A stretch of DNA of 64,000 bases from Tubiluchus corallicola (Eukaryota > Animalia > Priapulida): positions 124,001 to 188,000 of the forward strand of contig JAQGDQ010000048.1 in assembly GCA_030141605.1 (NCBI GenBank). The letters run 5' to 3'. The position numbers and the translations under genes are program-made. This document shows, piece after piece, positions 55,520 to 64,000 of the stretch. How positions within the stretch are numbered: position 1 is the stretch's first letter; every line of letters starts with the position of its first letter. The notes beneath the pieces were generated by a model. The model saw only the letters and a program-made list of their open reading frames with translations. It ran no database searches and was not told where the DNA came from.

Positions 55520-56896
55520 TTACACGTTTAAAGATAAATACATTACCTGGTAAGACAGGAGCATTGCTAGTAGGGGCATGGGATGAAAATAACAAGCCAG
55601 ACAATTTAAAAATTAGTAACGATGAAATATTGTTTGTTGAAGACAGCAAAATATTAGGCCTTACTGTTGATCGGAAATTAACATTTGCTAAACACGCGGG
55701 TAATGTTCATAAAAAGTTATGGTATAGATGGTTGAAAGTAAAAAACAATTGCAGTAAATATGCAGGTTTGCGACTTGCTACCATTGTAAATATTTAAAAA
55801 CTACTATTTTGCCGATTATGCTGTACGGTGCTATTGCATGGTTAAGTAAAAAACTTTCTGTATTTGAAGATATAATCTATGATATAATGAAAGTTGCTGC
55901 AGGGTCTGCTTTTAAACCAGATCGAACTAAATTGGAAATACGTTGTGGTCTTCCACCGTTAGACATTGAATTAAATGTAATTGTTGTTAAATCTTGTCTC
56001 AAGACGTTATGTCAGAGCGCTGATGATTTAATTAAACAAAAGATTCTGCGGCATGGTAGTGCACGTCTTACAGGAAGGCATATTTATAAAAATATTATGT
56101 ATACACATGCGCAGACTGTGAGACACAATTTGTCTGGAATGAAAACTTCCGTACTACAGATCTTGAAGAAGTTCCTGAAAATATGTTAGAGTATACTAAA
56201 CGTCAAATTATGGATTATGTTTCTTGTACCTGGTCAAATAAATATAGGCATGTTATGCAATTTCGAGGAGAAAATGTTGAAATACAGAATATAAAATGTA
56301 AAACCTTGAATTTGCCGCTTGGAAATAATGAAAGGAAAATAGAATCCATTGCCGTGTCTTTTTTAACTGGCCAGGGGAATTTTAACAGCTTTTTGTATAG
56401 ACTTAATCTGTGTGATACTAGTTTATGTCCATGTGGAGAAGAAGAGCAAACTCCTCAGCACATTTTATTCAGATGCAATAAAGTAGATAATACAAAAAGA
56501 ATGCGTTTCATAGAAATAGCTGATGCCAATTATACACGTAATATTATGCTTCAATCTGATAAAAATTTAATAATGGCTTTTACTAACCTGATCAGAGATA
56601 ATTTTATACTAAGTAATTGTTAATTTAGGCCCGCTCAAGTATACAAAAATAAATTATGTAGGTGTGTAAAGTTAATTTGTGTGTATAATACTTTTGAATC
56701 ATTTGAAATTAAATCTAATTTAAGTATAATATGTTATTCGTTGTACATACTGTGAAAGTAGTGAAACTGGAAATATTTAAAAGATTTGTTATACGAAAAT
56801 GTAAATTGTTGATCTGAGCCTGCAAAAAGAGGCACCTTTTTGTATATATGTTCATTTCTTTAATAAAGATTTATTATTATTATTACTATTATATTA
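55520..56896 (+). mobile_element. 5'-truncated non-LTR retrotransposon (I/R1/Jockey-group-like ORF2 C-terminus with CCHC zinc knuckle), pseudogenised
   Basis: RLKINTLPGKT...KILGLTVDRKLTFAKH, ILPIMLYGAIAW, LEIRCGLPPL and FLTGQGNFNSFLYRLNLCDTSLCPCGEEEQTPQHILFRC across three frameshifted ORFs; 3' UTR with AATAAA (~56862) and an (ATT)n tail; candidate TSD TCTCCCC at 55513-55519 and 56897-56903. Confidence 0.85.
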
Positions 56897-59800
56897 TCTC
56901 CCCCCCCCCCTCTTTTCTCTCGCTCTCCCTCTCGGTCACAGTCACGTGGTTTTGTGTGGTTGTATGGTAACAATAGCTCTGATAAACCGTGTAAAAATGT
57001 TCACTTAGAAAGAAAGGAGATTAAAACAATTGTGATGTAATTGTGCGTCTTGTTATGGACAATTCGTCTGTGTTATGTTGGATAAGCTGTAAGTGGAACG
57101 CTTTTTAATTAATTGGGAAGAAAACAAGAATTTTGACTATTTGATCCAATGCAGCAGTACCATTCACTAACAGAAATCAGTAAAATCTAAGTGGTACTGG
57201 TATCGGTACCGCAATTTCTAGCCAAACAGGTGAGAGCAAGTTTGTTCTTACGCACAATGAGCTTAAGTCATCTCTCATCATCGTCATCATACGCCCATCA
57301 CGTCCATTGTAGACACTGGGCAGGCAGAATTCTAAAACAAACGAAATCTGATACGCCAGTGGCTTGTCAGCATCACTTCCGAGTAATGGGCTTAATTATT
57401 TTACTCAAAATCGGTTACAAGCACGAGTAGCTTTTACTTACCAACTGACTGTAATTCACGACTTTTACATAGAAAAGCAGTGTGTCAAGGCGAAGTTGCA
57501 GTTTATTGAATTGATACCGGCAACTGGATGCGTAGTTTATTGACGAACATCACAGTACAATATAAAATACAATGTACATAAAAAAATCACAAATCTCACA
57601 AAGCATCCCAACCCTTGCATATAATTTTCACATTGAAACAGTCGAGGTAAACAGTTTGTGATATTTACACGTTTACAAGAATAATATAATTACAATAATG
57701 CGCTTTTGCTATTAATTGAATACGATTGTCTGTGACTAAGATTTTATTTTCCTTCTTTCAAAACAATCTCTAATATAATTGAAACTAAATTATTTACAAG
57801 TTCACATTTATTCATTTCATCAGAAATATGATTTTTTCCGGTACTGTGAGATTCGCAAAGTTTGGAAAAATTGCCTTGACACGAGAGAACAAGCTATGTC
57901 TTAAATCATTATAATAGTTACATTCAAGAATTAAATTCTTTTCGCCATCAATTTTTTGATCTGTACAAAAACAACATAATTGTTAAGGGGGATTATAGGT
58001 TTAGCGTGTCGGCCTTTTTCAATAAGGAAGCTGTGTGAGCTAATACGCAACTTTGTAAAGTTTGCTCTTTTAGCGAGATTTTTTATTAGCAACAAGTATC
58101 TTTCTTCTACGAACTGTTTTTAAACTTGGAATAAGTTCGTAACTTGTTCTTTTCGTTAACATTTTTACCAGTTTTGTGGTGACATTTTCCTTCCAGTAAT
58201 TTTCATAGTTAGTTTGAAGTTTGTTTTGATTTCGGTAAACTTATAAATTGTTTGAGCCTCTGTACTTTGAGCCCCCAAAATGTGCGAACCCTGTATGATT
58301 TAAAATGGCAAGATATCACTTTTATATTTTTATTTTAAAGATCTGAGCTTTCATCTGCCCAACTTGTTTGCAATATTTCTAACAGGATTATGAACCACTA
58401 GATGTATGTTGACGATGCCTGTTTATTAGTGCATCAATGATTACGGCCGTTCAGCAGCTACGAGAGATATATAAATTGTGTGCTGCAAAGTATGTAACGA
58501 GGACCAACTTACGTCAAATAATTCAAATTTTATGAGAAATTTTACGTTTGGTAACATCAGATTAGATAATGTTCTTCGCATCTGTGATAATGAAAAATAC
58601 CTAGACATACCATTTCAAATGATTACCGACATGACCTAGACATCGTTAATCAAAGATCGTTATACAATTGACGTCTAACATAATGTTAATTATTTTCGTT
58701 GACTGCCCAATCAGGGTGCAAGTTATTTCACACACCCCTGCAGCAGGTACGTGCGGTACATTTAGCTACAGCTCCGTCTAACACCGTTATGAAAAATGCT
58801 CAACTTTTCATTAGTTAGCGGGAGAAATATTGGCCTTGTTCTAGATTTTATTATTGTCAATTCAAATTGCAAGTGAATTAGTGGAAATATATAGTCTAGT
58901 TTCGTTTATAGGAAGAAATGCACTTACGTCTATGAGTTCCTGATTAAACCATTTTGCAATCAAGACAATATGCAGTTTAGTTTAGTTTATGGCTTTGCAA
59001 GTTAGATAAAACAACTATTCGATTAACTTTAAATAAAGACAAAGCAAAATGTTTTCTTTTCTAGCCAGTTTTTATAAACCTCAATGAGATCTTCACAGTC
59101 AAAATTAATTCAAATGTGAATGGAATGGAATGGAACAGTCAAGTTTATTCCATTTCCGCAGCCTGACAAACGGAAAAATACAAAACCTTAATAAATCTCG
59201 CAGACGAGCACATGACCAGTTAATATAGAAAAATACATTGTAAGCTTGATGTTCGTATGTTTAAAGTCAAAAGAGACTTAGTATTTTTGTTGCTCATTTA
59301 TTGTAAAGCAAGGCTAACTGGCTCAGTTTCTTTATTATATTTATATATATATATATATATATATACAATAGTTATGTATGTTATATATAATATTATATAT
59401 GTCTCTGTATTTTGTAGTGCTTTGAAACTTCGTCTCTATATTCTGTTTAAATTGAAAAGTCATTTTGGCTAATTGAAGTGTTAATTTCATGTTAAAATAG
59501 CTGCTGCTTTACAAATTTGTGTTTATAAAAAAGAGCAATCAGGTTATCTGCTGATTAGACATTAGTTGTGACTGTCATGTTGTTTAGTTTAGTTTAGTTT
59601 AGCTTAGACAGTTGTTGTCCTGCGTGAGCTGTTGTCCCGAATGCTGCTGAGTGTGCTTACGTTGCAGCGGGGGGGGGGGGGGGTAGGGGGAGGGCGATAG
59701 ACCAATATGTTTGACGTCAATTGTCATGCAAACCAAATATAGAAAAATTCAGCTGCTCTTCTGTTGATGTTAAAATATATCTATTTAGTGCCTGTTGTAA

Positions 59801-60196
59801 TGCCTTCTATTGCATGGCTACCTGGTGGCATTCTAATAATTAAGAAATTTTAAAGCTCAAAGTTGCGAGCAATATTATTTTTCAAGTATGCGTATGATTA
59901 TAGTGCTCATGCAATGAGCATTGAAATTCGCAGTATATGTTTCGATGTATTATATAGGAAATGTGTATCCAGAATAATGAAGGAACTTGATTCCAGTGCG
60001 AATTTAATGTGCTAGGAAACTTCAGCAGCCAATGCATAATTGACCTCGCACATAAAACAGCAATGGTTACAAAATTTTTATGTTTATGTAAGTTTGTGCA
60101 ATTTGTTTGTATTAGTTTTTGTTTTTATAATGCTGTATGTTGCAAATATGTAAATTATAATACGAACTTAAGTTCTAGCCCCCCCCCCCCCGCCCG

Positions 60197-60227
<31 letters not shown>

Positions 60228-60295
60228 CCGAGGAGAAACCATAGAGGGGAAACAACGCATTTATTGTTTAATAAAAAGACTTATACTAATAATAA

Positions 60296-62117
60296 TCTAC
60301 TATTATATTAATATTCTTGGTATCTTAATATATATATATATATATAAGATTCGAGGCTACAGCTTCGACGAGGGCACCATTTGCGGCGATCTATATATCA
60401 AACGAAAGGTCTCGATCTAGTGTCGTCTCATTGGGGGATTATTTTTCGAATCGGGCCCACCGGGAGGAACGGGGGGCAAAAAACCTCCAAAAATGGCCAT
60501 TTTTCGGCCGTTTTTTGCAAAAGTTATACGGCTGAGATGTAGAGAACGGGAATGGGCCGAGGGTGGTGCTGGGTATGGATAGATAGCCCGTTCGGCGGTG
60601 GGTGTAGTAGGTATATTTAGAATTCCCGAGAGGGCCACGGCGCCCCGCAACGGGCGTTTTCCCGGACCCAACTCGCGATTTTTTCGAAATTTTGACCAAA
60701 CAGCCTGCGGAAAAACGTTCTAGCGTCGCCCAGTGGGACTCTCGGAAGGAGATATATAGCTCTTTACAAAGAGGAAGGACTGGGCTACACGATGATGTGG
60801 ACTATATGTTAGGGCAAGTCCACCGAGAGAAGTACCGACGAGTTAATTAGAGGTTCCATTTTCGGCAATTTTCGCTTAGAAAACTGTTGACGCAAAGGCA
60901 TTGTTGTGACGTCATCCATTGTACTCTGCTGTAATCTTATAACTTTAATTCAGCAAAAAGCTGCCTGCTACGGGTTTGCGTTAGTTAAACAAACAGTAGG
61001 CATGATGTTACGGGCTTTGTGTAATAAATGAGGACTAGGTAGGATGTTCGCGTGTTATTGATTATACGTGGTTTTTTACGCAAAATCTTTTGCGGGGCCT
61101 TTGCTATTTATTATATTATAGCACATAGTTTCAACTTTGTGAAAAATGTTTGGAATGGTTTTGTTGTAATGCTGTGCTGTTGGTGCTTGTGCTATAGGTG
61201 TCGTCATCGTTGCCACCATCATCATCATCAACATCATGATCACCACGTGAGGTGGTGGATTTGATGTGGTGTGGTGGTGGTGTGCTTTGTGTGTTGTGCT
61301 ATGGATGGTGTGGTGGGGTGATAGGGTGTGTGGGGTGTGGTGTGGGTAGTGTGGTATGGAGTGGGTGGCGTGGTGTGTGGGTGGGTGTTGTGGTGCAGTG
61401 TGGGGTGATGTGGTGGAGTCGTATGGTGTGGGTGGTGTGGTGTGTGGGTGGTGCGGTGTGCTGCGGTGGTATGGTGTGATGCGGTGTGGTGTGATGTGGT
61501 GGAGTGGTATGGTGTGGGTGGTGTGGTGTGTAGGTGGGTGGGTGGTGTGGTGCAGTGTGGTGTTATGGTGTGGTGCTGTGCGGTGTGATGTGGTGGAGTC
61601 GTATGGTGTGGGTGGTGTGGTGTGGTGTGGTGTGTGGGTGGTGCGGTGTGCTGCAGTGGTATGGTGTGGTGCAGTGTGGTGTGATGTGTGGAGTATTATG
61701 GTGTGGGTGGTGTGGTGTGGTGGAGTGGGTAGTGCGGTGTGCTGCAGTGGTATGGTGTGGTGCGGTGTGGTGTGATGTGGTGGAGTGGTATGGTGTGAGT
61801 GGTGTGGTGTGTAGGTGGGTGGGTGGTGTGGTGCAGTGTGGTGTTATGGTGTGGTGCTGTGCGGTGTGATGTGGTGGAATATTATGGTGTGGGTGGTGTG
61901 GTGTGGTGCATGGGTGGTGCAGTGGTATGGTGTGGGTGGTGTGGTGTGTAGGTGGTATGATGTGGTGCGGTGCGGTGTGGTGGTATTGTGTGGTGCAGTG
62001 TGGTGCGATGAGGTGGAGTGGTATGGTGTGGTGCAGTGTGGTGTGATGGGGTGGAGTGGTGTGGTGTGGGTTGTGTGTTGATTTGTGCACAAAATTCTTT
62101 TTGTGGGGTTTGGCTAG
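60296..62117 (+). mobile_element. Non-autonomous Helitron, copy 2
   Basis: A | TCTACTATTATATTAATATTCTTGG...hairpin CACAAAA-TTCT-TTTTGTG (62088-62105)...GGCTAG | T; inserted in a (TAA)n tract; homologous to 44922-46805 over its full length. Confidence 0.85.
61250..62080 (+). repeat. GT-rich complex minisatellite inside Helitron copy 2
   Basis: Same building blocks as 45888-46768, in a different unit arrangement. Confidence 0.9.
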
Positions 62118-62848
62118 TAATAATAGTAATAATAATAATAATAATCTCTCTCTCGCTCTGGAATGACAGTATCAAGACATTCCAAATTATTTCAAACCTA
62201 AAACAATCATAAAATAATTATCGCTTAGTACGTAGATCTATGAAATTCACACTCGTTTCCGTAGTGATTCGCAGTTCCCACGCAAATACTCACTTAATTA
62301 CTCTGTGGATGCACACATTCTAGATTCTGAGGCTATATTGTAATGATAACTACTATAAATCTATAACGCAATAATGAAAATGCACCTGCTTAAGACAACA
62401 TAAAGAGCGCCGCACGTATGATGTTAATTAATGCTAGTTACCCGTTGACCATGTTAACAAGCGTTGCGTTGCATCAAAGAATTATATTATAACAATGTCA
62501 ATACTCTTTCGATATTGGTAAGTTTGTTGATACAATTTGCAGTCTCTCTATTGAACAGGAAGTAGGGGTGTTCGAAGATTGCGGTGGAATAGGGTTCGGG
62601 TCGGGTTCGGGATCGAATAGGGATCAGTAGTCGGGATCGAGGTGCGAAACGCTGAATGAATTCAATTTCGTAATATTTCGGGTTTCGGGATGAAGCGCTC
62701 AGTATCGAGGCTTGAGACAGGACTGAATGTTCGGAAACTGAGTTCGGGGTTTGACGAAAGTTCGAGGTGTATGTGTACCTGATAATATGACTATCGTTTA
62801 TTGATGGTAAATTAAATTAGTGCTGACGGTTTAAATTAAATTAAATTA

Positions 62849-63079
62849 GACCAAATGGTTTAGTCTATTGGTAACGCATCCGCTTTCCGTCTTGCAGGTC
62901 GTGAGTTCGATAGAGCTGCCGATTCATACCAAAGACTTTAAAAATGGTACCTGCTGTTGCTTTGCCTGGCGCGTGGTATTTAGGGTAAAAGTGGAATAAT
63001 AATAGTCTCTGTTATATAGTTGTAGGTTTACTATTTACAGTCGGCGAAATTTGTTAACCCAAAATCCGACTTTAAATAA

Positions 63080-63080
<1 letters not shown>
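62849..63080 (+). mobile_element. tRNA-derived SINE (central segment resembles the MetaSINE core)
   Basis: A-box-like TGGTTTAGTCTATTGG and B-box-like GAGTTCGA, followed by CATACCAAAGACTTTAAAAATGGTACCTGCTG; runs into a (TTA)n tail. The Meta-domain assignment is from memory. Confidence 0.6.
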
Positions 63081-63330
<250 letters not shown>

Positions 63331-64000
63331 GGTAAATAAATTTCTGAAATACCAATTTTGTAGACACTCATTATTGATTAATCAGCAATAATTAGTGCAT
63401 GAATGCTCGAGAAAATCGTCATTGGCTTGCCAAAACACCAGGACTGCTATGTTATTACACAGTTTCTAAGCTAAAAAATGAACTTAATGGTCAGTTTCTG
63501 AAAATAAGACTGGGACTTTTCAATTTAATGATCAGCTTAGTTTAATTCTGTCTTTAATGATTTCTTAATTCTTTATCAATAATTCTATAATTATTAAATA
63601 TTTTTTTAATTTAATCATTCTTCTACACGTATTTAATAATTCTTTAATGAAATCAAGACTTATACCATTTAAATGACACCAAATTTGAAATTATTACGAA
63701 GCATTTCTCATTTTTTTTCTGATTTTTATGACTGATTGGTTCCACGTAAATCTGCAAGAAGATAACTTTCTAGACACAGCAAGTCAGAAATGTAAATATA
63801 TTAAATTCCTGCCAATGCACAATATTTAGCTGTATACACAAAATGTCATCATATGCGAAGCCATAGATACTAGAACAAACAAAACTATTTACTGGATAAT
63901 AATTAAAAGCTGAAGCCGTGTGTTTCCAGACAGGAAATTAACTTAGTGTCAATGCTGTAGCAGTATACACATATAAGAAAGAGCCGATTGTGAATGCGCG

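Noticed and set aside
58380-58430. YVDD-like Penelope/RT motif
   Set aside because: Isolated match with no supporting ORF or neighbouring motifs.
62849-62925. Functional tRNA gene
   Set aside because: No good acceptor stem or cloverleaf; the sequence continues into a SINE body.

Overview
AT-rich, intron-containing invertebrate-type animal genomic DNA; no prokaryotic features were seen. Three spliced genes were reconstructed by hand from GT-AG junctions with consistent phases. (1) The 3' part of a RhoGAP gene (+ strand, 9 exons, 240-11090). (2) A complete 13-exon mitochondrial ALDH2-type aldehyde dehydrogenase (- strand, 26908-15354), convergent with the RhoGAP. (3) A GPR158/GPR179/CG31760-like class C orphan GPCR (- strand, at least 11 exons, 51423-35539; both ends unresolved). 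Introns and intergenic DNA contain many transposons: two copies of a ~1.85-kb non-autonomous Helitron carrying a GT-rich minisatellite, a hAT MITE nested inside another hAT element (both with perfect 8-bp TSDs), a TA-flanked foldback MITE, a 5'-truncated LINE inserted in a (CT)n tract, older LINE relics, a tRNA-derived SINE and microsatellites. I cannot support a claim of a wholly new biological system. The best leads are the Helitron-minisatellite family, the mixed ALDH1A/ALDH2 intron pattern, a cluster of beta-TrCP degron-like repeats in the RhoGAP tail, and a possibly (CT)n-targeting LINE.
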